From: an uncultured delta proteobacterium
Lineage (GTDB): Bacteria > Desulfobacterota > Desulfobaccia > Desulfobaccales > 0-14-0-80-60-11
Direction of reading: 5' to 3'
Assembly (NCBI GenBank): GCA_963812015.1
Contig: CAWETI010000003.1
Span: forward strand, 416,001-480,000
DNA: 64,000 bases
Within the stretch, counting starts at the first letter, position 1, and each line of letters opens with the position of its first letter. The notes beneath the pieces were generated by a model. That model saw nothing but the letters and a program-made list of their open reading frames with translations. It had not been told where the DNA came from and searched no databases. Of this stretch, positions 42,289-51,444 are shown one piece after another. A program made the translations under genes and the position numbers.

Positions 42289-43268
42289 CTAACCGAAAAT
42301 AATATTATTTTCGGTGGCCTGCCGAATATGATGTGAGGTCCTCTTGTCGCCCCCCACCTTGAATTCCCTCAAGATGGCCTTCCAATGGGGGGTATCCTTG
42401 ACGAAGGTCTGTTTCCTCCTCCTGGCGCCCCCCGCCGTCTGCTTGAACTCGATCCATGTCCCGATGGCGTAAATCTTCTGTCCCCGGCCCCCGTGCCCCT
42501 TCTCCCGCCCATGTCCCAGATGACGCCGACCCTGCACAACCCCTGGAGGGTCTTCTGGAGGATCGACCCATTAATGCGTTTTTTCAGGGCCTTGGCGTAG
42601 TCCATCGTGAACAGCACGAGGTGTCGCCGCATCCTCGGCGGCACCAAGCCCTCCCTCCTCAGGTCAAACCAGCGGTCCTCCTGCCGCGCCCGGAGTTGGG
42701 CGATGTCCGGGTATCCCTCAATGGGCTCGGGGTCGGGCTCGGGGTGATCCTCAGTCAGGTCCTTATGCCTGACGGATTTTCTCGGGCACAGGGCCTCCAG
42801 GCGGATGCTTTCCTCGTAGGGCGTCAGTTCGGTCAAAATGAAATTCATGATCTGACTCAGCTTGGTTCGCTGAAGCCTCCTGTCAATTTTTGGGTCGTCC
42901 AACACCCAGCGCGGCGGCCACTTCTCATCTTTCCCCTTCGGCTGGCTTCTCCGGAGCTTTTCCCGCTCAGCCTCGGCCTGGGCAATGATTGACTGTTGTC
43001 TATTCTCTTCCTGCCTGATAAAGGCATTAAGGCGGTGGGTGATGAATTTGCCCCGGTCTTTGGCTTCTTCCGGCTCGGGGTATCTATCCCAGGCCTCCAC
43101 ACAGGCGTCGTGAAATGGCTGGTAAAGAAAGTCTGCATACTGGAACCCCAGGTGGCAAATCGTGCCCTGCCTACAGCCCTCCTTGACGGGGCAGTGCCCA
43201 CACCAGGGGTTCCTGGGATTAAATTGCAGCCTGAAATATTGGCAAGATTCATTTTTTTTCCGTTCCAT
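42289..43268 (-). pseudogene. Hypothetical (possible replication) protein with frameshift near 42500
   Basis: N-terminal Cys cluster; C-terminus continues in ORF 42537-42289; repeats and hairpins immediately downstream. Confidence 0.45.
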
Positions 43269-43367
43269 TTGGCGCCCCTCCTATGGGCAAAAAATCGCGG
43301 ACGACGGGGGCGATAGGAGCGCCCCCGCTTGACCTTGTTGCAACAAGGCGTCCGGGAAACTTTGTAA

Positions 43368-43574
43368 TCATCGTGCGAACAAATCCCGGGGCTCCAAGTT
43401 GAAAACCTTGCCCAGGGCCTCGGCCTCCCCCGGCTTCGGGACAAGGCCACGTTCCAGCATCGAAATCTTTACTTGGCTGATCGGCGTCCCGGCCAGCTTG
43501 GCCAGCTCCGCAACAGTAGTTTGGTTAAGTCCCCTCACAACTCTTTCATGTTTCAGCCGACTTATCTGCATCAT
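43368..43574 (-). CDS. XRE/Cro-like HTH regulator
   Basis: LK.ER..RGLNQ..VA......ISQ..ISMLERG. Confidence 0.8.
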   Translation of the reverse strand: MMQISRLKHERVVRGLNQTTVAELAKLAGTPISQVKISMLERGLVPKPGEAEALGKVFNLEPRDLFAR

Positions 43575-43831
43575 TGTTGCCCTCCATAATCCCGCCGATA
43601 AACAAACTGCCCCGTCGAAGTAGCATTTCTGCTAAACCGGGCGGGGCAGTTTGCCAAGCCGTTCTGATTCAATTTTACGTTACTCCCTTTATAATATATT
43701 TTTAAGCCAAAATAAAGAAAAAAATATATAAAAATGCATCATTATTTAATAACCCCGGGTCTTGTTCATTCTTGTTTTTGCTTCTCGATGGTTCGGCCCT
43801 CTTAATTACATTGCAGGGGGAAGGCCACCTC

Positions 43832-44332
43832 TTAACTAAGATATTCCCGATCTACCGGGCATTCGCCTTCCTCACCCTTGACCCAGATCGTCCAGGAAAA
43901 TTGGTCCCGTGTGCTGTAATCGGTTATTTTGATTGGCATCCTGCCGTCCGGGTCTTTCACTCCGACCACTGGATCCAAGCTGTCGCCCACCCAGTTGTAA
44001 TCCATCAGGGCGACCATCCTGATCGGAAAAAGTTCGATCGCCGCATACCAGTGCCACTCGCTGACCATGAAAACGTCCCCGTGCTCGGAGCCGATAACCA
44101 ATTCGCTCATGGCCTCTAAGGCGTCCCCGAATGCCCGGCAGACGACGAATGGGTCGTCCTCCAGGTCTTGCCTGGTGATGCCCAGTTGGGCGTTTATCCG
44201 AGCAAAAAATTTCCTCATGTCCAGCTCGCGGAGTTCCTCGGGAGTTGGCAGCCGGTCCTTCTTCTCATCAACGATGTACATCTTGCCGTCGCTCATAAAT
44301 TCCTCAGGTTTTTTCAGCAACAAAAAAATCAA
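43832..44332 (-). CDS. Hypothetical protein at element end (start possibly 44296)
   Basis: 166 aa acidic ORF. Confidence 0.6.
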   Translation of the reverse strand: MIFLLLKKPEEFMSDGKMYIVDEKKDRLPTPEELRELDMRKFFARINAQLGITRQDLEDDPFVVCRAFGDALEAMSELVIGSEHGDVFMVSEWHWYAAIELFPIRMVALMDYNWVGDSLDPVVGVKDPDGRMPIKITDYSTRDQFSWTIWVKGEEGECPVDREYLS

Positions 44333-44437
44333 GCCGTGGAGATCTTCGGGGTTTGGTCATCGTTCAAAATTTGTTTCTGGCGGCAGTTTTGGAGAGAGCG
44401 GACTTCGCCTTTGAGCCGGAAGGGGATTATCCTTGAA

Positions 44438-44485
44438 GGGTAAAGTTCATATAAATTGCCTTGACCAGGACGAGGCCTTCGGTGA
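44438..44485. other. Right att junction (core TT 44461-44462)
   Basis: yjbQ homology stops at GLVLV|; arm 44438-44460 pairs with 3620-3642. Confidence 0.8.
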
Positions 44486-44585
44486 TGCCGCTGTCGGCGA
44501 GGCACTGTTGCACCTGGGGGGTGATATTGATGAAGGCCCGGCGGCCGGGGACTTGAAACCAGAGTTCTTGACGGTAGCTTTGCAT
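44461..44585 (-). pseudogene. yjbQ: 5' half of split yjbQ
   Basis: [41 protein letters not shown], typical YjbQ N-terminus. Confidence 0.9.
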
Positions 44586-44734
44586 GGCCCTTTCCGTGGT
44601 GGTTTTTTCCCTTGAAAGTGCCACAGGGCCACGCAGGTGTCAAGGGCGGGGGGGAGTCAGGGTGATGCGACCCCGGCCTGGGATACTCGGAGCAGCACTG
44701 GATTAGCTTCACCCCCTACCCAGCCCTCCCTTTA

Positions 44735-44789
44735 AGGGGGCAGGGGGCAGGGGGCAGGGGGCAGGGGGCAGGGGGCAGGGGGCAGGGGG
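44735..44789 (+). repeat. (AGGGGGC)7.9 tandem repeat
   Basis: Eight G5 tracts at 7-bp period. Confidence 0.95.
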
Positions 44790-44838
44790 ATGAAGCCTCT
44801 TTAAGGCCCCGATGAATAATGAGCTATCCTAGGCGATA

Positions 44839-45114
44839 TTATTTTTTTGGGGCTCCGGCGGGGCTGGGTTCAGGGGTGACCCCTTCTTCCTGCATTTTTT
44901 TCAGGTACTTTTCGGGATTTTTGTTGAACTCCGCATCGCAACCCTTGCAGCAAAAATAAATGCGTTTGCCCTGGTAGTCGGCATAGACGTTCTTGTCAAT
45001 GGTGCCGCCCAATACCGGGCAGACCGTCTGGGGTTTGGGGTCGGCGGCCCAGAGGCCCCCGGCGGCAAAGGCCGTGAGGGTCAGGGCCAGGAACAATGCC
45101 TTAAATTTCTTCAC
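44839..45114 (-). CDS. Exported YHS-domain protein
   Basis: Signal peptide, CPV.G, YQGKRIYFCCKGC...F..NPEKY. Confidence 0.85.
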   Translation of the reverse strand: MKKFKALFLALTLTAFAAGGLWAADPKPQTVCPVLGGTIDKNVYADYQGKRIYFCCKGCDAEFNKNPEKYLKKMQEEGVTPEPSPAGAPKK

Positions 45115-45387
45115 AAGAATCTCCTTATGGGGTGTTCAAGGGTTCACATCATGTGGATAAAATTGTGTACATGCAAGGCCGGATTGTCAAGGTTGGGCGG
45201 GGGAGGCCAGGAGAAAAATAGTTTGTCACTGAATGGAGGCGTGAGGAAGCATTATGGGTTTAGGTGGGCTTAATTAACTTTTCCCCGAAAGTTAATCAAT
45301 TACCTACCCACTTGCGGATATATAGCAGCTAGCAAAACTTGATTGCCACTGAATTCCAGGGAGGCCTTTTAGTCTGGAATAGGAGAC

Positions 45388-45800
45388 CTATCCCTCCTCC
45401 GGCCCAGTCAGAATCTTAACTTCAGGAATGGATTTAAGGTACAGGTCGCGTTGGGGAAACGGCAATTCTATGCCATGATCCCGGAACCGCTGCCAGATGC
45501 CCCAGAGGAGATCGCTCTTTAGGGAATCAACGCCATTTTGGGGATCGTTGAGCCACACTCGCAGTTCGGGGTCGACGCTATTATCTCCGAACCCCTCCAA
45601 AAAGTAAGCGGGCCTGGGGTCCGTCAGGACCCGTGGGGAACTCGCCGCGGCTTCCAATATCAAGTCGCGGGCTTTTTCCAAATCGGAGGCATAGGAGACG
45701 CCAACCGGCAGACCAATACAGACGAGATTGTTGGAATAGGACCAATTAATCACTTCGCTGGTTACCAGATTTTCATTGGGAATGAGGTGCTCCGTGCCAT
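45388..45800 (-). pseudogene. C-terminal fragment of MscS mechanosensitive channel
   Basis: IPNENL.T.EVINWS, VGVSY.SD, FGDNS, GIELPFPQRD; TM region missing. Confidence 0.8.
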
Positions 45801-45907
45801 TAATTTGCGCCGGAGGGGACGGATAGAATCAGCTAATCTAAGCCCGAAAGGCGACATGAAATCGCGCCCTGGCGATTATGATTGTGCGCCGCTACATGGA
45901 GCAATTT

Positions 45908-47017
45908 CTAAAACGAATATGCCAAGCCGGCAGTGGCTCCGTGAAAAAACACGCCGGAGCTGCTAACGCCAAGTGCGTGCACGATATCCGGCTGAGTCGT
46001 ATAAGTTTCCTGGATCTGTCCAGGTGCCAAAGCAACGCCTTCGAGCCAGAGAGCTTCGTAACCGACCTTAAGCCCAAGCCCCTTGCTAACCTGATATTTG
46101 CACTGCAAGCCGATTTCGCCAACGAAGGCGGCGTGGTTAGTCGTGGTGGACGACGGTCTCAAGACCTTATAGATGCTGACTCCGGTTGACTCTTCGGCGT
46201 TGTTGACATAAGCCCCGGCCTTTATCAGTCCGTTAATCGAAAAGCGACCACGCTCCCATATTTTTCCATCGGCACCGATCTGGAGACCATAAAGATTGTT
46301 AGTCGTACTTGTATTCCAGAAAGGCTTAAACCCTTCTAAGGGTACTAATGAACCCTGAAGATTTTCAGACAGTTGGACCCAACGGAATCCGGCCAGCAAG
46401 GTTAGGCGGCTATAAGGATTCCACCGCACGTTGAGCTCTGCATTATAAAGTTTTGTATCGTAGTCCCATGCCATTGCCTGGTATGAATGATCTTGAGTTT
46501 GGAGAAAGCCGCCAGGAGCTCTCATCACCAGCCAGTCCGGCGGATTGTCGGGCACAACGCTTCTGGAGCTGCTCCAGCCGGCGGTCTGAAAATACAACAT
46601 TTCCAAATCGTAGCCGGAATCACCGTGGCGAATCACGTCTATTCGCCCTCCAGCGGAAAAGCCTTGTCGAAAATTGTTGCTGTTGAGAGCTTCCGTGCCG
46701 GGGGTGATGGACAGGTTGGGGAGCGGCACGGTGCCCGGCACTCGTTCAACGAGGGTTCGATTTACGCTGCCGATTCGGTCCAAGATGATGGCGTCGGCTG
46801 AGACAGTCCATCGCGGAGGGGCACCCTGCGACTGGTCAACCGGCACCTGGGAAAACGACGGGGGCGAATCTTTACTATCCGCCGATTTGCCTGTTGAATT
46901 CTCTTGGTCTCCCGCTGAGGCAGTTATCGATAGGAATAGCATAGCGACCATAGCACAGAGGAAATAGATGGCGATCAACAGATGTCTATTACGAAATGAG
47001 CTAAAAAGAGTGCTCAT
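45908..47017 (-). CDS. Putative outer-membrane beta-barrel protein
   Basis: Signal peptide, alternating beta strands (N.LYG.QIG), C-terminal aromatic YSF. Confidence 0.7.
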   Translation of the reverse strand: MSTLFSSFRNRHLLIAIYFLCAMVAMLFLSITASAGDQENSTGKSADSKDSPPSFSQVPVDQSQGAPPRWTVSADAIILDRIGSVNRTLVERVPGTVPLPNLSITPGTEALNSNNFRQGFSAGGRIDVIRHGDSGYDLEMLYFQTAGWSSSRSVVPDNPPDWLVMRAPGGFLQTQDHSYQAMAWDYDTKLYNAELNVRWNPYSRLTLLAGFRWVQLSENLQGSLVPLEGFKPFWNTSTTNNLYGLQIGADGKIWERGRFSINGLIKAGAYVNNAEESTGVSIYKVLRPSSTTTNHAAFVGEIGLQCKYQVSKGLGLKVGYEALWLEGVALAPGQIQETYTTQPDIVHALGVSSSGVFFHGATAGLAYSF

Positions 47018-47359
47018 GGTTTTACCCTTCAGCTAATTGATTGAATTATAGTAGTCTTTCCGATCTGTTTACTAACTGGACAATTGACAACAAATTGTCC
47101 AGTTCTACAAAGGCAATCTAAGTTGTGCTGCGCTATGTAGGCCGAAAACTTCCTGTGCCACTCGTGGAGCAGCCCCGCCTCCTTAAAGATTTTGCAATCA
47201 TCCCACACTTCGGCATACATTTCTAAAATTCACATTGCCACAAGGAAAGGGGATTGTCAAGAAAGGGGACCTTTGGCCAAAAGTCCGGTGCTCATTAACT
47301 TTTATAAAAAAAATTAATCGAAATTAAATAATTATTCTTAGGATTTATCCATCGCGAGC

Positions 47360-49108
47360 CTAATATTTAGATGGTTCATCAGAATCCTTAAGGTCCAAAG
47401 CGCCGGATTTTTTGAGGGCGGCGAGGCCGCCCTGGAGGTTGACGGCGTTGGTGAGGCCGGCGGTTTCCAGTTGGCGGAGGGCTTCGTAGGAGCGGACCCC
47501 GGAGTTGCAAACCACCAGGAGGCGTTTGTCCGGGGGAATTTCCTGGAAGCGGTGTTTGAGGGTTTCCTGGGGAATGTTGAGCCAGCGGTGGCCGAAGAGG
47601 TCGATATAGGGGGCGGCGTTGGCGGCGCCCCGGACGTCCAGGCAGATGGTGTCGCCGGCCTGGTCGGTCAAGGAGCATTGTTCGAATTCGGCGACCTCGA
47701 TGGTGCGGTTGTAGCCGTCCAGGATGTTTTCCAGGGTGTTGGCCACGGCGTTGACGATATCCAGGGCGGCGGCAAAGGGCGGGGCGTAGGCCACTTCCAG
47801 GTTGGACAGATCGCTGAGGTCGGCCTTGAAGGGCAGGAGGGCGGCGATGCTGTTGATGCGGCCCACCAGGGCGTCGCCGTTGTGGCTGAGGCCCTGGGCC
47901 CCCAGGAGGCGGCGGGTCTTTTTATCCACCACCAAATGCAGGTACATGAGGTCCTGGGTGGGATAGAAGTGGGCCCGGTCGGCCTGGATCACCAGGGCCG
48001 CCACCGCGTCAAAGCCCTCCCGCAGGGCGGCGGCGAGGTTGAGGCCAGCGCCGGCGATGGCCATCTCGAAGGTTTTCAGGGTGAAGGAGCCGACGATGCC
48101 GTTGAAGGTGGCGGAGCCCCCGGCCAAATTGGTGCCGATGACCCGGCCCTGACGGTTGGCCAGGGAGCCGGAGGGGAAATAGGCGGATTTGCCGGTGATG
48201 AGGTGGTGGTTGTCGATGCAGTCGCCGCCGGCGTATATGTGGGGATCGGAGGTCTGGAGGCGGCGGTTGACTATGATGCCGCCGTCGGGGGAGACCAGGA
48301 GGCCGGCCTGGCGGGCCAACTCGGTATTAGGGATGGCCCCCACCGCGGTAATGACCAGGTCGGCAGGTAGGATTTCTTGTCCGGTGACTACTTCAAGGGC
48401 ATGATCGTCCCCGGCGTGGGGCCGGATTTCCCGGACGGTTGCCGCCAGGTGCAGAGCGATGTCCTTATCCCGGAGATGCCTGGCCACCATGCGGGCCAGG
48501 CCGGGCTCCAGGAAGTCGGGGAGGACCTGGGGGGTGACCTCCACCAGGGTGGTGGTAAGGCCCCAGAGGTCGCTGACGGCCTCGGCCATCTCAACGCCGA
48601 TGGCTCCGGCGCCGATGATGACGACGCGGCCCACTTCGCCTTTGGCGATGCGGTCCCGGACGGCCATGGCGGCGGAGAGATTGGCGACGCTCATGACCCC
48701 GGGGAGATCGGCGCCGGGTACGGGCAGGGGGCGGGGGCGGCTGCCGGTGGCCAGAACCAGTTCGTCATAGGGGAGGTCTTCCTCCCGGCCGGATTCCAGG
48801 TCCCGGAGGCGCACCAGTTTTTGATCCCGATCAATGGCCAGGGCCCGGGTGCGGGTCCTGACCCGGACGTCTTTGGCGCCGTCAAAAAATTCCGGGGTTC
48901 GGAGCATGTGGAAGCTGGTGCTCATCAACTCTTTGATATCGCTGAGATCCCCGGAGATATAGTAGGGAATGCCGCAGCCGCCGTAGGAGATGTATTCGCC
49001 CTGGTCCACCATGGTGACTTCAAAGTCGGGGCGGAGGCGTTTCAGGCGGCAGGCCACCTTGGGGCCCAGGGCCACGGCCCCGATGATGACGACGCGTTTA
49101 GATTGCAT
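47360..49108 (-). CDS. FAD-dependent CoA-disulfide/persulfide reductase-like protein with C-terminal rhodanese domain
   Basis: SYGGCGIPY, LVLATG, GAGAIG.E, YAGGD, YAPPF, CNSGVRS. Confidence 0.88.
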   Translation of the reverse strand: MQSKRVVIIGAVALGPKVACRLKRLRPDFEVTMVDQGEYISYGGCGIPYYISGDLSDIKELMSTSFHMLRTPEFFDGAKDVRVRTRTRALAIDRDQKLVRLRDLESGREEDLPYDELVLATGSRPRPLPVPGADLPGVMSVANLSAAMAVRDRIAKGEVGRVVIIGAGAIGVEMAEAVSDLWGLTTTLVEVTPQVLPDFLEPGLARMVARHLRDKDIALHLAATVREIRPHAGDDHALEVVTGQEILPADLVITAVGAIPNTELARQAGLLVSPDGGIIVNRRLQTSDPHIYAGGDCIDNHHLITGKSAYFPSGSLANRQGRVIGTNLAGGSATFNGIVGSFTLKTFEMAIAGAGLNLAAALREGFDAVAALVIQADRAHFYPTQDLMYLHLVVDKKTRRLLGAQGLSHNGDALVGRINSIAALLPFKADLSDLSNLEVAYAPPFAAALDIVNAVANTLENILDGYNRTIEVAEFEQCSLTDQAGDTICLDVRGAANAAPYIDLFGHRWLNIPQETLKHRFQEIPPDKRLLVVCNSGVRSYEALRQLETAGLTNAVNLQGGLAALKKSGALDLKDSDEPSKY

Positions 49109-49244
49109 GCGGTTTCCTCTGAATGGCTAAGCTTGGGCCGCTAGTGGTGTGCAGTGCGCACCCTAGGGAAACTACGAAAACTTGGGCCATTATGAAAATT
49201 TTGTCACGCCAAGGCGCAAAGACGCCAAGGCGCCAAGAATCAGA

Positions 49245-50270
49245 TTATTTTTCCGGCGCATCGGATTGGTCCGGAGTTTTATGGGAGCCGTTGCAAGTCA
49301 GGGTGTCGGCGCGCCAGAGGCGCTGCATACTGAGGCCGGCGCGGCGGTGGTCGCAGGACTCGAGGCCGCAGATGGGGCACTCCGGTTCCATGCAGGGGTC
49401 GGCATGAATGAGGATGTCGGCCTGACCCGCAAAATAATCGTTAAGGATCTTTTCCAGTTTTTTGACTTCATCATGGCTCGCATCCAGGGAGAGGTCCCGG
49501 GGCAGGATGAGATGGAAGTCGATGAAGACATGGGCGCCGGCCCGGCGGGCCCGGAGTTGATGGATGTCGATCCACATGGGTCGGCGGTTATCGGCGATGA
49601 CCCGGCAGATTTCTTCCAGAAGCTCGGGGTCGGATGTGTCCATGAGACCGGCCGCAGACTGGTGGACCAGCCGGGCCCCGGTGACGAGGATATTGAAGGC
49701 CACCAGAAAAGCCACGGCGCCGTCCAGCCAGTTCCAGCCGGTGAAGTAAACGCCCACCAGACCCAGGACCACCCCGGCCGTGGTGTAGACATCGGTGAGG
49801 ACGTGTTTGCCGTCGGCGATGAGGACGATGGATTTGGTGCGGCGGCCCACCATCACCAGAAACAAGCCCAGGATGAGATTCACCAGGGCGGCGCCCAGGA
49901 TGAGGAGGGTGCCCTTTTCCAGCCTGGCGATGGCCTGGGGGTGGAGGAGACGGGGCCAGGCCTCGTAGAAAATCGCCAGGGCGGCCAGGATAATGAGGGC
50001 GCCTTCAAAGCCGGCGGAGAAATATTCGACCTTGCCGTGGCCGTAAGGATGAGAGGGGTCGGGGCTCTTGGCGGCGATGATGATGCTGCCCAGGGCGAAG
50101 CCGGCGGCCACCACGTTGATGATGGATTCCAGGGCATCGGAGAGGATGGCGGCGGAATCGGTGAGATAGAAGGCGATGAACTTCACGGCCATCAAGCCCG
50201 CGCCGATGAGCAGGGAGGCGGAGATGGCCAGGATATGGTTGCGAAAGGTGGTATTTTTCTGGGAGTTCAT
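49245..50270 (-). CDS. Cation diffusion facilitator family transporter
   Basis: SDALES, HPYGHGKVEY, ADGKH..TD, IHADP. Confidence 0.9.
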   Translation of the reverse strand: MNSQKNTTFRNHILAISASLLIGAGLMAVKFIAFYLTDSAAILSDALESIINVVAAGFALGSIIIAAKSPDPSHPYGHGKVEYFSAGFEGALIILAALAIFYEAWPRLLHPQAIARLEKGTLLILGAALVNLILGLFLVMVGRRTKSIVLIADGKHVLTDVYTTAGVVLGLVGVYFTGWNWLDGAVAFLVAFNILVTGARLVHQSAAGLMDTSDPELLEEICRVIADNRRPMWIDIHQLRARRAGAHVFIDFHLILPRDLSLDASHDEVKKLEKILNDYFAGQADILIHADPCMEPECPICGLESCDHRRAGLSMQRLWRADTLTCNGSHKTPDQSDAPEK

Positions 50271-50465
50271 GGAGCGTCAAGTTAGGGTTATAGAGATGCC
50301 TTTTCCAATGAATATACTTTTCCAGCGGAGCAATCAAGGCCAATATTCCCGTCCTGCACCTGGAAAAATGGGGTAGGTTGACTCGCGTTCCTCTGGTATA
50401 TACAGTAAAGAACATATCATTTACTCATTAAATAACGAGATCGGAAGATTGGAGGGAGCAATGAT

Positions 50466-50660
50466 ATGAAGATATCCATCGAGTTATCCCAGGAGCAGGC
50501 CAGAATTTTTCAAAGCACGGCCGAACGGCTCGGTTTAAGCCCGGAAGAATTGGCGCGGGCCGGTCTTGCGGATATGTTGGGAATTTTTCAGGAGGATTTT
50601 CAAAAAGCCGCGGAATACGTGCTGCAGAAAAACCAGGAACTGTATCGGCGGCTTAGTTGA
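50466..50660 (+). CDS. Putative antitoxin (partner of Doc)
   Basis: 64 aa, C-terminal KN.ELY.RL, overlaps toxin start. Confidence 0.75.
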   Translation: MKISIELSQEQARIFQSTAERLGLSPEELARAGLADMLGIFQEDFQKAAEYVLQKNQELYRRLS

Positions 50661-51049
50661 TACGGTATTTGACGTTGGGAGAGGTTCTTGAACTGCACCG
50701 CCGAATTATTATACAGACAGGCGGTACCTCTGGAGTGCGTAACCTTGCCGGGTTAGAGTCGGCTCTGGCCCAGCCCCGCGTAACATTTGCAGGACGAGAT
50801 TTGTATCCTTCTCTGGCAGCAAAGGCCGCGGCTCTGTGCTTCTTCGTGGTCCAAAACCATCCATTTATTGATGGCAACAAGCGCTGCGGTCATGCCGCAA
50901 TGGAGACTTTCCTGGCGTTGAATGGCAAAGAGATCGAGTCTTCGGTAGATGAGGTCGAACAGGTTATTTTACAAGTGGCCTCTGGGAAATTATCTTTAGA
51001 GAAGTTAGCCTCCTGGGTATTAGAGCATATGAGCGATGTAAAGTTTTGA
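50657..51049 (+). CDS. Doc/Fic family toxin
   Basis: LESAL.QP, HPFIDGNKR. Confidence 0.9.
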   Translation: MIRYLTLGEVLELHRRIIIQTGGTSGVRNLAGLESALAQPRVTFAGRDLYPSLAAKAAALCFFVVQNHPFIDGNKRCGHAAMETFLALNGKEIESSVDEVEQVILQVASGKLSLEKLASWVLEHMSDVKF

Positions 51050-51080
51050 GAAGCACGCGGTGAGCGTCATGACTGAGTAA

Positions 51081-51404
51081 CTACTGGTGAAAATGGATAA
51101 AGATATTCTCCCTTTCAAAAACCCCCTTCAAAAGTATCTCATCACGACCTGGTGAAAAGAAGGTTTGCAGGTCGAACTCCTCTTCCGGAAACCAATCGGT
51201 CTCGAGAGTTAATCCGGACTCCCTTTGGCGGATGATCACGTGGCCTTCGTCCGCCTCCTCCAGGGGCCAGGCGAGATAGAGGCTAAAGCTCAAGGAATCC
51301 GGGGTGCGGCTCATGGTGGATTTCTTGGCTTCCCAGATTTCATACTTGGGATCGCCAAAGCCGGAGAGCCAATACAGGGTAATATAGTCGAGGCCGTCAA
51401 ACAT
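51081..51404 (-). CDS. Hypothetical protein
   Basis: 107 aa ORF downstream of frdB. Confidence 0.55.
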   Translation of the reverse strand: MFDGLDYITLYWLSGFGDPKYEIWEAKKSTMSRTPDSLSFSLYLAWPLEEADEGHVIIRQRESGLTLETDWFPEEEFDLQTFFSPGRDEILLKGVFERENIFIHFHQ

Positions 51405-51444
51405 GGGAGTCTAAAGCCCTAAGATGCCGGGGCGCTGATGGCGC

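Larger units (their letters stand above)
3618..44462. mobile_element. ~40.8 kb serine-integrase integrative element (phage-satellite-like) inserted in yjbQ
   Basis: yjbQ halves rejoin in frame at shared TT core (3618-3619 and 44461-44462); integrase at one end, phage-like genes at other. Confidence 0.9.

Noticed and set aside
43602..43653. Inverted repeat caaactgccccg/cggggcagtttg upstream of the XRE gene
   Set aside because: Real hairpin, but cannot distinguish terminator from operator; not unusual alone
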